Below are positions 36,525 to 47,590 of a stretch of 47,590 nt of DNA, piece after piece. The notes under the pieces are model-generated. The model searched no databases, was not told where the DNA came from, and saw nothing but the letters and a program-made list of their open reading frames with translations. The translations under genes were made by a program, and so were the position numbers. Origin of the DNA: Candidatus Uhrbacteria bacterium CG_4_9_14_3_um_filter_41_35 (lineage in GTDB: Bacteria > Patescibacteriota > Patescibacteriia > UBA9934); the NCBI GenBank assembly GCA_002791275.1, contig PFWT01000003.1:1-47590 (forward strand), given 5' to 3'. The stretch's first letter is position 1; each line of letters begins with the position of its first letter.

Positions 36525-36670
36525 AACAGGCTGTGAACAACTAACTTTTCGAACAAAATTATTGTGTTAATATAGAAGTACAGAGGGGATTGCTCCTCTC
36601 TTTTATTTAACCAGTCTGTGTTCGGGTTCTGATCCCACTCCCCATGCTCTCAGACCTTATACAACAAAAT

Positions 36671-37681
36671 ATGGCAAAAACAGACGAGCAAAAAGCTAGG
36701 TTAGCAGCGGCAACAGAGGCAATCTCACAAATTAAACAAAGGTTTGGTGAGGGTTCTATTATGCGTTTAGGTGAAGCGAGGGCAATGCAGGTTGAATCAG
36801 TTTCAACAGGTTGCTTGTCGCTAGATTTAGCTTTGGGGGTTGGTGGAGTTCCGCGGGGTCGGATTATTGAAATCTATGGTCCGGAATCTTCGGGAAAAAC
36901 TACACTATCACAGCACATTGTGGCAGAATTTCAGGCACTTGGTTGTGTAGCTGCGTTCGTCGATGCAGAACACGCTCTTGATCCAGATTACGCGCAGAAA
37001 ATTGGGGTTGATACAAACGAACTATTTATTTCTCAACCAGACACTGGGGAGCAGGCGCTCGAGATTGTCGAGACTTTGGTACGTTCAAGCGCGGTCGACG
37101 TAATTATTGTCGATTCTGTGGCCGCACTTACGCCAAAGGCTGAAATAGAAGGGGAAATGGGGCAGTCACATATGGGACTGCAAGCGAGACTTATGAGCCA
37201 GGCACTTCGAAAACTGGCAGGTATAGTTTCTAAAAGCGGAACGACGGTTATATTTATTAACCAGATCAGAATGAAGCTGGGCGTAATGTTTGGTAATCCG
37301 GAAACAACGCCTGGTGGAAATGCGCTTAAATTTTATTCCTCGGTTAGAATCGAAGTGAGACGTTCAGCGCAAATTAAACAGGGTGAGGCAATTGTTGGAA
37401 ATAGAGTTAAAGTAAAGATTGTAAAAAACAAAGTAGCGCCACCGTTTCAGCATTGTGAATTTGATATTATGTATAACGAGGGTATTTCAATTGCTGGGGA
37501 CCTAATTGATCTGGGGACACAAGTAGGCTCAATTGAAAAGAAAGGAAATACTTATAGTTTTGGTGAAGAACGACTCGGGGTGGGTCGGGAAAATGCTAAA
37601 AGATATTTGCGCGAAAATCCAAAGTCACTTAAGGCAATTCGCAAAGCAACAATGGAAATAGTAAAGAAAGATAAAGTTTAA
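36671..37681 (+). CDS. recA: recombinase RecA
   Basis: [53 protein letters not shown]; likely start at MAKTD. Confidence 0.98.
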   Translation: MAKTDEQKARLAAATEAISQIKQRFGEGSIMRLGEARAMQVESVSTGCLSLDLALGVGGVPRGRIIEIYGPESSGKTTLSQHIVAEFQALGCVAAFVDAEHALDPDYAQKIGVDTNELFISQPDTGEQALEIVETLVRSSAVDVIIVDSVAALTPKAEIEGEMGQSHMGLQARLMSQALRKLAGIVSKSGTTVIFINQIRMKLGVMFGNPETTPGGNALKFYSSVRIEVRRSAQIKQGEAIVGNRVKVKIVKNKVAPPFQHCEFDIMYNEGISIAGDLIDLGTQVGSIEKKGNTYSFGEERLGVGRENAKRYLRENPKSLKAIRKATMEIVKKDKV

Positions 37682-37688
37682 TTGGCAC

Positions 37689-37745
37689 TGTAAGCTATAA
37701 AACACTCAACTTCTGAGCTGATTGTTTTATAGCTTACAAAATTTG
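37689..37745 (+). terminator. 16 bp inverted repeat after recA
   Basis: TGTAAGCTATAAAACA (37689-37704) / TGTTTTATAGCTTACA (37723-37738). Confidence 0.6.
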
Positions 37746-37781
37746 TTTACCTTAAAATAAATCTTGGGTATTATTTTGAAT

Positions 37782-37937
37782 AAAGTCCGCTTTAACTGCG
37801 GGGTTTGGGTTGATATTATCAGATCTGTTCCAGAACGATACTTGGCGCGTGCCAAGGAAACTCTCTCCTCTCGTTCGTAAGAAAAGGCCTGATACTCGTA
37901 CATCTATTCCGGACCCTGCAGTTAAAGCGGATTTTTT
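37782..37937 (+). ncRNA. candidate ~155 nt rod-like non-coding RNA, family unknown
   Basis: 27 bp terminal helix (37782-37808 with 37909-37935) whose four non-Watson-Crick pairs are all G-U; nested helices; promoter TTTACC-17-TATTAT at 37746-37774; ends in T6. Confidence 0.6.
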
Positions 37938-38044
37938 GTTTAAATAAATCTTTGTTTAAAATATTGTGGTTATTTATAAAATTCAGAAATTAATTTAGAG
38001 AATTGTAATCATTTTTGGTTTGATGAAGAATGGGGGCTATAAGC

Positions 38045-38074
38045 TTGACTAATTTCAGCAAAGTTTGATATACT
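38045..38074 (+). promoter_or_regulatory. rpoBC promoter
   Basis: TTGACT-18-TATACT with TG extension. Confidence 0.7.
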
Positions 38075-38384
38075 CACTCCGCTTGGAAGGAGATATCCTT
38101 CTATCATCACTCTTGCTATCGACAAGGATGCAGAAGCGATGAATAAGCGCTAATATTAGCCACTTTAGGTGTGATCCCCAAACACCAGAATACGTCTTTC
38201 TATGCCCATTTTTTGGCATACGAGGACCTAAAATACAATAAGGTTGTTTAAACTATTCCAGCCTCGAGCTTTTCTCAGGGTGGCTTTTTGTGTTCAGGTC
38301 AGGCGTTTAGTTGCTAAAAATCCAAAAAACAATTGTTTTTTGGATGCAGATAATCAAGCTTAACGGGTAATTTAATACAAAACT

Positions 38385-41300
38385 ATGGCACAAAAGACTG
38401 AAAAGACTGTTCAGCCGCGAAAGTTTTTCACGAAAAATAGGCCAGCGATGGATCTCCCAGAACTTATTGAGATCCAGAAGGCTTCTTATGATTGGTTTCT
38501 AAAAGAGGGTATTCGTGATCTTTTTCACGAGATCTCTCCTATTAGCGACTTTATCGGTCGTGATCTTGAGTTAACTTTTGAGGATTATTATATCGATGAA
38601 CCAAAATTCGATGAAACAACCTCAAAGTTCAAGAATATTACTTACGAAGCCCCGCTTCGAGTAAAGGCAAAATTAACTAATAACCGTACTAAAGAGTCAA
38701 AAGAACAGGAAATTTTCTTGGGGGACATTCCTGTGATGACACCACGAGGAACTTTTATTGTTAACGGTATCGAGCGTGTGATTGTTTCACAGCTTGTGCG
38801 TTCAGCTGGAGCTTTCTTCACTGCCGAGGTTGTTAGAGGTAGACGCCAGTATGGAGCAAAAATAATTCCAAACCGTGGAGCTTGGCTTGAGTTTGAAACT
38901 GATGGTAAGAACGTTATTTGGGTTAAGATTGACCGAAAACGAAAGGTAGCGGTTACTTCTCTTATGAGGGCTTTTGGGTTTTCTTCAGATGAAGAAATCT
39001 TACCATTGTTTGCCGATATCGACACTCATCCTTTGAATAAATATATTGAAGCTACACTCGCAAAAGACTCGGCTTCAAATGAAGAAGAAGGACTTAAAGA
39101 GGTTTATAAGCGTATTAGACCAGGTGATTTAGCAACAGCAGATAACGCACGTCAGCTAATTCACTCGATGTTCTTCAATTTTGACAGATACGACCTTGGT
39201 CCAGTTGGAAGATATAAATTTAATCTTCGATTTGGAAAAGATAATCCAGAAGAAGGTGTTCAAGACGAACCTAACAGAATTCTTTCAAAAGAAGATCTTG
39301 TTGAGATTATCCGGGAAATTATTCGTTTGAATAACTACCAGGAGGAACCAGATGACGTGGACCACTTGGGTAACCGCCGAATTCGTGCGGTTGGGGAGCT
39401 CATTCAGGGGCGATTTAGAATTGGTCTTGCTCGAATGGAGCGAATTGTTCGTGATCGAATGAGTACACACGACATTGAATCCTTGTCACCAGGAAAACTA
39501 ATCAACGCACGTCCAGTAATCGGCTCAACTCGTGAGTTCTTTATGAGCTCACAGTTGTCACAGTTCATGGACCAGATCAACCCACTTTCTGAGCTCGAGC
39601 ATAAACGCCGACTTTCAGCGATGGGACAGGGTGGACTTTCAAGAGAACGTGCTGGATTTGAGGTTCGAGACGTGCACACTACGCACTATGGTCGAATCTG
39701 TCCGGTGCAAACTTCTGAGGGACCAAACATTGGACTTATTGGACATCTTGCCAGTTACGCTCGAATCAATAAGTACGGATTTATTGAAACTCCATACCGA
39801 AAAGTTGTTATTGAAAATGGTCGAGCAAAAGTAACTAATGATATTGAATACCTAAACGCGTTTAAAGAAGAAAAATCAATTACTGTACCAGCTACAGCGC
39901 CAGTTGATGATGATGGTTACATTATCGCAGAATTTGTTGAGGCTCGAAAGTATGGAGAGGCGAAATCGGTTGCTGTTACTGAGGTGAATTACATGGATGT
40001 GTCACCTGGACAGATCGTGTCTATTGCTACATCACTTATTCCTTTCCTTGAGCACGATGACTCTACTCGAGCGCTCATGGGATCAAACATGCAAAGACAG
40101 GCTGTGCCTACAATTAGACCAAGAGCACCGATAGTTGGAACTGGCATGGAAAGACGAGCTGCGCTTGATTCAGGTCACGTGTTAGTAGCTGATGCTGATG
40201 GCGAAGTTACACTTGTAAACTCTGGAAAAGTTGTTGTTAATTACGAAAAAGAAGGGGAAGTTATTTACGATTTGAATAAATTTATTCGTTCAAACGCAAG
40301 TACAGCGATTAACCAGCGCCCAGTTGTTGTGCCTGGAATGAAAGTTAAAAAAGGTGACGTTCTGGCAGATGGTCCTTCAGTTCAAAATGGTGAACTTGCA
40401 CTCGGACAAAACATGATGGTTTGTTTCATGAGTTGGGACGGTTACAACTACGACGACGCGGTTATTGTTAACGAGCGAGTGGTGCAGGACGACCGGTTCA
40501 CGACTATCCACCTTGAAAACCTAATTCTAAACGTTCGAGACACAAAACTTGGACCTGAAGTAATTACTTCAGATATTCCTAACGTTTCAGAAGAAAAACT
40601 AAAACACCTAGACAACGAAGGAATCATTCGAGTTGGAGCCGAAGTGCACTCAGGAGATATCTTGGTTGGAAAAATTACGCCAAAAGGAGAAACTGAACTT
40701 TCAGCTGAAGAAAAATTGCTTCGTGCAATCTTCGGAGAAAAGGCTCGAGATGTTCGAGATTCATCACTTTACTTACAGCACGGCCACAAGGGTAAGGTTG
40801 TTGGTATAAAAATCTTCTCTCGAGAAGATGGTGATAACCTGCCACCAGGCGTGATTCGATCAATTCAGGTAACTGTTGCTGATCTACGAAAATTACAGGT
40901 TGGAGATAAAGTTGCTGGGCGTCACGGAAACAAAGGAGTTATTTCAAAAATCGTGCCGGTTGAAGATATGCCGTTTACTGAAGGCGGTCGAACTGCGGAT
41001 ATTATTCTCACACCGCTTGGAGTTGTGTCACGTATGAACTTGGGACAGATTCTTGAGGTTCACTTGGGACTTGCTGCGCACAAACTTGGATATACAGCTG
41101 CAGCGCCGGTATTTGATGGTGTTGACGAAGAAGATATTCAAAAAGAACTGGTTAAAGCTGGATATCCAAAAACAGGTCAGCTAACACTGTTCGATGGTCG
41201 AACAGGAGAGGCTTTCCATCACCCGGTTACGATGGGAGTTATGTACATGATTAAACTTAACCACATGGTTGAGGATAAAATGCACCAACGATCGATTGGT

Positions 41301-41627
41301 CCTTACTCACTAATTACGCAACAACCTCTTGGAGGTAAGGCGCAGTTTGGAGGACAGCGATTTGGAGAGATGGAGGTTTGGGCACTTGAAGCTTACGGAG
41401 CTGCTCACACACTTCAGGAGATTTTGACCATTAAATCAGACGATATTTCAGGTCGTTCAAAAGCGTACGAATCAATTATTAAAGGAGAAGAGATTACCAA
41501 GGTAAATATCCCAGAGTCCTTCAATGTGTTAGTTCGCGAAATGAAAGGTTTGTGTCTCGATGTTGAGCTTCTAGATAATGGCAAAAAGATAGAGCTTAGC
41601 GGAGAGCATGGTAATTCGAAACAATAA
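38385..41627 (+). CDS. rpoB: RNA polymerase beta subunit
   Basis: [69 protein letters not shown]. Confidence 0.99.
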   Translation: MAQKTEKTVQPRKFFTKNRPAMDLPELIEIQKASYDWFLKEGIRDLFHEISPISDFIGRDLELTFEDYYIDEPKFDETTSKFKNITYEAPLRVKAKLTNNRTKESKEQEIFLGDIPVMTPRGTFIVNGIERVIVSQLVRSAGAFFTAEVVRGRRQYGAKIIPNRGAWLEFETDGKNVIWVKIDRKRKVAVTSLMRAFGFSSDEEILPLFADIDTHPLNKYIEATLAKDSASNEEEGLKEVYKRIRPGDLATADNARQLIHSMFFNFDRYDLGPVGRYKFNLRFGKDNPEEGVQDEPNRILSKEDLVEIIREIIRLNNYQEEPDDVDHLGNRRIRAVGELIQGRFRIGLARMERIVRDRMSTHDIESLSPGKLINARPVIGSTREFFMSSQLSQFMDQINPLSELEHKRRLSAMGQGGLSRERAGFEVRDVHTTHYGRICPVQTSEGPNIGLIGHLASYARINKYGFIETPYRKVVIENGRAKVTNDIEYLNAFKEEKSITVPATAPVDDDGYIIAEFVEARKYGEAKSVAVTEVNYMDVSPGQIVSIATSLIPFLEHDDSTRALMGSNMQRQAVPTIRPRAPIVGTGMERRAALDSGHVLVADADGEVTLVNSGKVVVNYEKEGEVIYDLNKFIRSNASTAINQRPVVVPGMKVKKGDVLADGPSVQNGELALGQNMMVCFMSWDGYNYDDAVIVNERVVQDDRFTTIHLENLILNVRDTKLGPEVITSDIPNVSEEKLKHLDNEGIIRVGAEVHSGDILVGKITPKGETELSAEEKLLRAIFGEKARDVRDSSLYLQHGHKGKVVGIKIFSREDGDNLPPGVIRSIQVTVADLRKLQVGDKVAGRHGNKGVISKIVPVEDMPFTEGGRTADIILTPLGVVSRMNLGQILEVHLGLAAHKLGYTAAAPVFDGVDEEDIQKELVKAGYPKTGQLTLFDGRTGEAFHHPVTMGVMYMIKLNHMVEDKMHQRSIGPYSLITQQPLGGKAQFGGQRFGEMEVWALEAYGAAHTLQEILTIKSDDISGRSKAYESIIKGEEITKVNIPESFNVLVREMKGLCLDVELLDNGKKIELSGEHGNSKQ

Positions 41628-41633
41628 AGACGT

Positions 41634-44600
41634 ATGGCATACAATACAAATTCACTCAAATCAACAGATTTCGATTCAATTCGTTTACGTCTTGCTAGTC
41701 CCGAAGTTATTCGGGAGTGGTCTTATGGTGAGATTACCAAGGCAGAAACAATTAACTACCGAACACAGAAGCCGGAAAAGCATGGACTTTTTGCGGAAGA
41801 AATTTTTGGACCTTCAAAGGACTGGGAATGTTACTGTGGAAAATACAAAAAAATCCGTTACAAAGGAATCATTTGTGATAAATGTGGTGTGGAGGTTACT
41901 CAGGCCGTTGTTAGGCGAGAACGAATGGGTCATATCGAGCTAGCTTCACCAGTTACACACATTTGGTTCTTGCGTGGCGTACCTTCAAAGATCGGTACAA
42001 TCCTAGATACAGGAGTACAGGCACTTGAAAAAGTGATTTACTTCTCTAGTTTTATTATCACCGATGTTGATCAGGAAGCTCTTGAACAGACTCAGGAACA
42101 GGTAAAACAAGAATACAAGAGTAAGAAAAAGATGATCGAAGGTGAGCAAAAACGTGATTTTGGACGTCTTGAAGAAAAATACAAGGATGACGCTAACAAG
42201 CTAAAAGAAGAGCAGGCTCGGCTCGAGGATGTGGCAAAGAAAAAGCTCGAGGAGCTTGAAGAGGAGTTTATTTCAGTTGATCAGGATCTTAAAGAGATTA
42301 AGGTACTGAAGATTATTCCAGAACCTGTGTACCATGACTGGTCGATTAAGTTTGGACATATTTTTGATGCGGGTATTGGAGCTGAGGCAATTCTTAAACT
42401 TCTACAAAGAGTTGATATTAGCGCAACTATTGATCAGCTTAATGAAGAACTTGAATCAACAAGATCAAAAACAAAACACGATCGAATTACCCGAAGACTT
42501 AAACTTCTGCACGCACTCAAGAAGACAAGTGTTCAACCAGAATGGATGGTTCTTCGCGCAATTCCGGTTATTCCAGCTGATATTCGTCCAATGGTAGCAC
42601 TTGACGGAGGCAGATTTGCAACCAGCGATTTAAACGATCTTTACAGACGGGTTATTAACCGAAACAACCGTTTGAAACGACTTTACGCGCTAAATGCGCC
42701 TGAGGTTATTACTCGAAACGAGAAGCGAATGCTTCAAGAAGCAGCTGATGCACTTTTCGACAACTCTGCTCGAAGTGCAAAGACAGTGATTGCTGCAACA
42801 GGTAAAAAACGACAGCTAAAGTCACTTTCTGACCTACTTAAAGGAAAACAAGGTCGATTCCGTCAGAACTTGCTCGGAAAACGAATTGACTACTCTGGTC
42901 GATCAGTAATTGTGGTTGGACCACAGCTGAAGATTAACCAGTGCGGAATTCCGAAGAAGATGGCGCTTGAACTATTCAAGCCGTTCGTTATCTCAAAACT
43001 TATTCAACGTGAATATGTGCACAACATCCGATCAGCAAACAAATTTATTGAATCTGATCGCGGTGAGGTGTGGGATATCTTGGAAGAAGTTACAGCGGAC
43101 GCTTTTGTTCTACTAAACCGTGCGCCAACCCTTCACCGTCTAGGTATTCAGGCCTTTAATCCAGTTTTGATTGAAGGAAAGGCTATTCAGGTGCACCCAC
43201 TTGTGTGTGATGCTTATAACGCCGACTTTGACGGAGACCAAATGGCGGTTCACGTACCACTTACAAAAGAAGCGCGAAAGGAAGCAAACGAAATTATGCT
43301 TTCCATCCGTAACCTGCTTAAACCATCTCACGGTGGTCCGGTAACAACACCGGGTAAGGACATGGCTTGGGCTTCTTACTACCTCACAATGACGTTAACT
43401 GAGCCAGACGAGAAAACTATGAAGGTTTTCTCAAATCCTGATCAACTAGTTTATGCCTATGAGGTTAAAAAGGTGGGACTTCAGGAATGGGTTCGACTTC
43501 GAATGAATGGAGAAATAATCGTTACAACAGTTGGACGAGTTATCTTGAACCGTTTATTCCCAGAAAAGATTGGTTTCGTAAACGATACTCTTGGAAAGAA
43601 GCAAATTGCCAACATTGTTCGTGAAACTCTTGAGTATTACGGACAGGAGTTTACAGCTGTGCTTCTCGATAAGATTAAAAACCTTGGATTTAGATACGCG
43701 ATGCTCTCTGGGTACTCATGGGGAATGAGTGAGCTACCTACTATCAAAGAAAAACCGGGTATTGTTAAAGCTGGAGATGCTCGAGTGCTCGAAGTTGAAA
43801 ATTTCTACGCTCAAGGTCTGCTTACTCAGGGTGAGCGTCACTCTCAGATCGTGAAGATTTGGACAGAGGTTAAGGACAGTATCGAGGATCTTTCAAAGAA
43901 CTCACTTACAAAAGGAAGCTCAGCGCAAACAATGATTGAATCTGGAGCTCGAGGAGCTTGGGGACAGCTTACTCAGATGATCGGTATGATCGGTATGAAA
44001 GCTTCACCTTCTGGAGATATTATTGAGCTTCCGGTGAAATCATCATTTAAAGACGGAGTTGACGTGCTTGAGTTCTTTATCTCTTCTCACGGTATTCGAA
44101 AAGGACTTACCGACACTGCGCTTAAAACTGCTAACGCTGGATACCTGACGCGTCGACTAGTTGATGTGTCACAGGATGTTGTTGTGCACGACGAAGACTG
44201 TGGAGACACAGATGGTGTGGTATTAACACACGCTGAGTCAGAAGAAATTGGAGAGCCACTTCTAGTTCGAATTTTGGGGCGTTTCTCACTTTCACCAATC
44301 AAAATGCCTGGCGGAAGCAAGGTGATTGTAAAAGCAGACGAGCTAATCACTGAGGAGCACATTCGAACTCTTACAGTAGCAAAGGCTGATCTAGTTGATG
44401 CGCACGTACGATCAGTGATGACCTGTAAATCACTTCGTGGCGTTTGTCAGAAGTGTTACGGTTACGACATTGCTTATAACAAGCTCGTTAAAATCGGAAC
44501 TTCAGTTGGTATTATTGCCGCGCAGTCTATCGGAGAACCGGGTACTCAGCTTACAATGCGTACCTTCCACACTGGAGGAGTTGCGGGTGGAAAAGACATC

Positions 44601-45629
44601 ACTCAGGGACTTCCTCGAGTGGAAGAACTTTTCGAAGCTCGTTTACCAAAGCGACGTGCAATTATGACTGAGGTTTCAGGATCAGTTGAAATTGAAGAAG
44701 CTGAACGAGAAATGGTACAGGCAGGAACTGGTAAGAAGATGACAGACACAAGACCAGGACAAAAGATTGTTCGTGTTCGCTATGAAGCGTCTGAAGAAAC
44801 AAAAATTTCTCTTGGTAGAGGAGCATCTGTTAACCTTAAAGAAGGTGATAAGGTAAAATCCGGACAGGTGATTGGTGAGACCACTGACGGAGAAAAGATC
44901 ATTGCCAAGGTTGATGGTGTTGTTACTTCAACAACCAAGACTAGCGTGGTCGTTGTACACGAAGCTACAAAAGTTCGTGAGTACATTATTCCACGAGGTT
45001 ACACACTCTATGTTAAACACGGAGATGAAATCTTGGCTGGAGATGTATTAACGGAAGGTCACCTCGACCTACAAGCACTCTTCAAGTACAAGGGAATGAA
45101 GGCGGTTCAGATGTATCTCTCAAAGGAGGTGCAGGGAATCTACGCTTCTCAGGGTCAACGTCTTAATAACAAGCATGTTGAGATTATTATTAAGCAGATG
45201 TTTAGTCGAATCCGAATTGTTTCACCTGGAGATACAGATTTCTTGCCGGGCGAAGTGATTGAAAAGAACGCACTAAACGTTGCACTTGACGAACTACCTG
45301 AAAACGGTGTACTTCCTGAGTACGAACAGTTATTCCTTGGAATCACCAAAGTTTCACTTTCAACCGAAAGTTGGCTATCAGCAGCCTCTTTCCAGGAAAC
45401 CGCTCGTGTACTTATTAACGCTGCGATTACCGGAAAGATTGATCCTTTGCAGGGGCTTAAGGAAAACGTTATCATTGGTCGTCTTATCCCTGCTGGAACT
45501 GGTTATGCCACTTCAGAGGCGGGAGTTCGCTCACAAGAAAGAGCCAATCAGATTGCCGAAGACGCAATTCAGGCTAGTGAACTTGATGAAGTTTCAGCAA
45601 AAAATGCGGAGGCGGAAGAGGAAAAATAA
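41634..45629 (+). CDS. rpoC: RNA polymerase beta' subunit
   Basis: [57 protein letters not shown]. Confidence 0.99.
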   Translation: MAYNTNSLKSTDFDSIRLRLASPEVIREWSYGEITKAETINYRTQKPEKHGLFAEEIFGPSKDWECYCGKYKKIRYKGIICDKCGVEVTQAVVRRERMGHIELASPVTHIWFLRGVPSKIGTILDTGVQALEKVIYFSSFIITDVDQEALEQTQEQVKQEYKSKKKMIEGEQKRDFGRLEEKYKDDANKLKEEQARLEDVAKKKLEELEEEFISVDQDLKEIKVLKIIPEPVYHDWSIKFGHIFDAGIGAEAILKLLQRVDISATIDQLNEELESTRSKTKHDRITRRLKLLHALKKTSVQPEWMVLRAIPVIPADIRPMVALDGGRFATSDLNDLYRRVINRNNRLKRLYALNAPEVITRNEKRMLQEAADALFDNSARSAKTVIAATGKKRQLKSLSDLLKGKQGRFRQNLLGKRIDYSGRSVIVVGPQLKINQCGIPKKMALELFKPFVISKLIQREYVHNIRSANKFIESDRGEVWDILEEVTADAFVLLNRAPTLHRLGIQAFNPVLIEGKAIQVHPLVCDAYNADFDGDQMAVHVPLTKEARKEANEIMLSIRNLLKPSHGGPVTTPGKDMAWASYYLTMTLTEPDEKTMKVFSNPDQLVYAYEVKKVGLQEWVRLRMNGEIIVTTVGRVILNRLFPEKIGFVNDTLGKKQIANIVRETLEYYGQEFTAVLLDKIKNLGFRYAMLSGYSWGMSELPTIKEKPGIVKAGDARVLEVENFYAQGLLTQGERHSQIVKIWTEVKDSIEDLSKNSLTKGSSAQTMIESGARGAWGQLTQMIGMIGMKASPSGDIIELPVKSSFKDGVDVLEFFISSHGIRKGLTDTALKTANAGYLTRRLVDVSQDVVVHDEDCGDTDGVVLTHAESEEIGEPLLVRILGRFSLSPIKMPGGSKVIVKADELITEEHIRTLTVAKADLVDAHVRSVMTCKSLRGVCQKCYGYDIAYNKLVKIGTSVGIIAAQSIGEPGTQLTMRTFHTGGVAGGKDITQGLPRVEELFEARLPKRRAIMTEVSGSVEIEEAEREMVQAGTGKKMTDTRPGQKIVRVRYEASEETKISLGRGASVNLKEGDKVKSGQVIGETTDGEKIIAKVDGVVTSTTKTSVVVVHEATKVREYIIPRGYTLYVKHGDEILAGDVLTEGHLDLQALFKYKGMKAVQMYLSKEVQGIYASQGQRLNNKHVEIIIKQMFSRIRIVSPGDTDFLPGEVIEKNALNVALDELPENGVLPEYEQLFLGITKVSLSTESWLSAASFQETARVLINAAITGKIDPLQGLKENVIIGRLIPAGTGYATSEAGVRSQERANQIAEDAIQASELDEVSAKNAEAEEEK

Positions 45630-45633
45630 ATTT

Positions 45634-45667
45634 ACAAAACCACCTCGTTTGAGGTGGTTTTGTTTTT
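45634..45667 (+). terminator. intrinsic terminator after rpoC
   Basis: ACAAAACCACCTC-GTTT-GAGGTGGTTTTGT-TTTT. Confidence 0.85.
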
Positions 45668-45718
45668 GCCATCAGTTCAAAACTTTGCTAAGCTAGAGCC
45701 ATATTAATGATCAATTTT

Positions 45719-46438
45719 ATGAGTGGACACAGTAAATGGGCTTCAATTAAACATAAAAAAGGGGCAGCTGACGCTAAACGCGGTAAAGTTTTTAGTAAGC
45801 TTGCCAAACTTATGACAGTAGCTGCGAAGGAGGGAGGTTCAGATTTGAATATGAACTTTTCTTTGCGAATGCTGGCCGAAAAAGCCAAAAAAGCAAACAT
45901 GCCTAAGGACAATATTGAACGAGCTATTTCAAGGGGGACTGGCGAAGGGGCAGATGGTGTTCAGATGATCGAAGCGGTTTATGAAGCAATGGGACCTGGT
46001 GGTACTGCGATTATCGTGGAGACTTTAACCGATAATACTAATAGAACGCTTGGAAATTTGAAAAATACTATTATAAAACGCGGAGGCAATTTTGGTGCTA
46101 AGGTACTCTGGATGTTTGATAAAAAGGGAGTTGTTCGGGTTGAAGACGCTAGCGCGATTGCAGATCGGGATATTTTTGAGCTTGCACTGATTGAAGCCCG
46201 AGCGGATGATATTATTTACGATGAAAATGCACTCAGTGTGTACTGCGCAGTGCCTGATTTACAGTCAGTTACTGAAGCTGTAGTCTCTGGCGGACTGGAA
46301 ATTGAAAGCGCTGGTCTTGAGTACGTTGCAAAAGATGAAATCAAATTAAGTGAAGAGGACGAGGAAAAACTCTTTACTCTAATGGATCTTATTGAGGAAG
46401 ATGAAGATGTAACTAATGTTTTCTCAAACGCTGCTTAG
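45719..46438 (+). CDS. yebC: YebC/PmpR family protein
   Basis: MSGHSKWASIKHKKG, NMPKDNIERAI, YEAMGPGG, LTDNTNRT. Confidence 0.96.
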   Translation: MSGHSKWASIKHKKGAADAKRGKVFSKLAKLMTVAAKEGGSDLNMNFSLRMLAEKAKKANMPKDNIERAISRGTGEGADGVQMIEAVYEAMGPGGTAIIVETLTDNTNRTLGNLKNTIIKRGGNFGAKVLWMFDKKGVVRVEDASAIADRDIFELALIEARADDIIYDENALSVYCAVPDLQSVTEAVVSGGLEIESAGLEYVAKDEIKLSEEDEEKLFTLMDLIEEDEDVTNVFSNAA

Positions 46439-46471
46439 GTTTTCAAATAACTTAGTAGTTTAAAAGTTAAG

Positions 46472-46972
46472 ATGTTAAACAAAACTCCAGAAATAATTAT
46501 CGGTATAGACCCTGGTTATGGTCGGTGCGGTTTTGGGGTGATTATAGAAAGTACGATTGGTGAGTACGATTCTTTAATCCACGGCGTTTTCACCACGCGT
46601 AAAGACCAGCTACACGCCAAGCGCTTGTCCGAGATTGCTCAAGATTTTAGGGCTATTGTGAAACAGTACAAACCGACTGTACTTGTGATTGAAGAGTTAT
46701 TTTTTGCAAAGTCAACCACAACCGCGCTCAAAGTAGCGGAGGTAAGGGGAGTGATTATGATGTTAGCCGACGAGCTTGATCTTCGTGTTGTAGAGGTAAA
46801 ACCAAATGAAGTAAAAATCACAATCACCGGTTATGGGAAAGCTGATAAAAAACAGGTTGAGGCTATGGTCAAAACTATTTTCAAACTCAAAGCCATACCA
46901 AAACCAGACGACGCCGCCGACGCACTAGCGATTGCTTGGACCGGTGCAGTGAAGCAACGCTTCACTAATTAG
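46472..46972 (+). CDS. ruvC: Holliday junction resolvase RuvC
   Basis: IGIDPGYGRCGFG, IEELFF, GYGKADKKQV, PKPDDAADALAIA. Confidence 0.96.
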   Translation: MLNKTPEIIIGIDPGYGRCGFGVIIESTIGEYDSLIHGVFTTRKDQLHAKRLSEIAQDFRAIVKQYKPTVLVIEELFFAKSTTTALKVAEVRGVIMMLADELDLRVVEVKPNEVKITITGYGKADKKQVEAMVKTIFKLKAIPKPDDAADALAIAWTGAVKQRFTN

Positions 46973-47028
46973 GGCTTATTTTGAATTGCTGTGCATCAAT
47001 CTTTAGTTTTTCGCTATAATATTTTCGT

Positions 47029-47418
47029 ATGAAAAGATGGTTCATTATTATCCCACTACTTTTGATGATGTACGCTGGTGTGGCCTATCTATATTTTAGC
47101 AAACCAGTGGTCTTTGAAGTCAGAGCCGAACAACTTACACCAATAGAATATTTATATAGTAACTACAAACAGCCGGAGTGTAATCCGGAAATACTCGATG
47201 CGATTGCGATTTGTGAAAGCAAGTGGCGGATGATTTAAAACAGAACTTCGTCGGCCTATGGTTATTACCAGATTCTCGATTCAACAGAAAAAACCACGCC
47301 ACAGTGGCAGGCGGGCAGGCGGAAATATGATCCCTATACTAATGTAGATATGGCTATTTATTTGTATAAAACACGAGGGTCAAGCCCCTCGAATGAATCT
47401 AAACCTTGTTGGTACTAG
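47029..47418 (+). pseudogene. small lytic transglycosylase (SLT/lysozyme-like) interrupted by an in-frame TAA
   Basis: TM anchor...IAICESKWRMI*NRTSSAYGYYQILDST...DPYTNVDMAIYLY..RGSSPSNESKPCWY; the frame stays open after TAA 47236-47238. Confidence 0.8.
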
Positions 47419-47463
47419 CGGTACCAACATCGTGAAGTTCAGCCTGAGATTTTATCAGTGGCC

Positions 47464-47500
47464 AAAAATAATACACCTTTTAAAGGTGTATTATTTTTTT
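47464..47500. terminator. bidirectional terminator
   Basis: AAAAATAATACACCTTT / AAAGGTGTATTATTTTT. Confidence 0.8.
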
Positions 47501-47503
47501 GAG

Positions 47504-47590
47504 CTAATCGACATTTAAAGTTGGTTTTTGCCCCTGTCGTGTAGCCAAATACCAAGCAGCGAGGATGAGCTTTTTTTGAAGTGAGAATCC
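47504..47590 (-). CDS. probable 3' end of a minus-strand gene entering from outside the window
   Basis: Open frame GFSLQKKLILAAWYLATRQGQKPTLNVD* ending directly at the terminator. Confidence 0.4.
   Translation of the reverse strand, partial: GFSLQKKLILAAWYLATRQGQKPTLNVD

Noticed and set aside
36530-36570. LexA SOS box upstream of recA
   Set aside because: CGAAC-N4-TTAT does not match GAAC-N4-GTTC, and I could not recognise another known box
37782-37937. Retron msr-msd or SRP RNA identity for the rod-shaped RNA
   Set aside because: No adjacent reverse transcriptase and no SRP domain IV motif
42060-42300. Intein or novel insertion in RpoC
   Set aside because: A charged coiled coil without intein terminal motifs; lineage-specific beta' insertions in this region are known
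11770-45475. Many antisense and alternative-frame ORFs inside long genes (e.g. 15495-16001, 25867-26424)
   Set aside because: Shadow ORFs expected from the codon bias of the real genes
47236-47238. Stop-codon reassignment
   Set aside because: TAA terminates most genes here and conserved genes are uninterrupted under code 11

Overview
Chromosomal segment from a bacterium with about 40% GC (estimated by eye), standard code 11. It is most consistent with Patescibacteria (CPR); this is an inference from the gene complement, rpsF-ssb-rpsR without rplI, the Trm11-like methyltransferase and the TATST-rich surface protein. Housekeeping content: three tRNAs (Arg-TCT, His-GTG, Arg-CCT), a Xer-type recombinase, polA, holA, rpsT, rmuC, ychF, rpsF-ssb-rpsR-epmA-efp, ftsK-rodZ-like-recA, rpoBC, yebC and ruvC. 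Two pseudogenes are present: an HTH-ATPase-DUF4325 gene and a small lytic transglycosylase. The main points of interest are: (1) a 15 kb cell-surface locus with a WxL-like subunit, a DUF916-like chaperone, an Ig/carboxypeptidase-regulatory membrane protein, a 2631 aa repeat fibre carrying two tandem peptidase-G2-like chaperone domains, and an O-antigen-ligase/TPR protein; (2) an origin-like intergenic region with three parS-like sites and a DnaA-box cluster but no dnaA/parAB nearby; (3) an unannotated ~155 nt rod-shaped RNA candidate with its own promoter between recA and rpoB; (4) a GC-rich secreted caspase-fold orphan with Ser in place of the catalytic Cys; (5) near-leaderless expression of many housekeeping genes. 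All calls come from reading the sequence by eye; no database searches were run.
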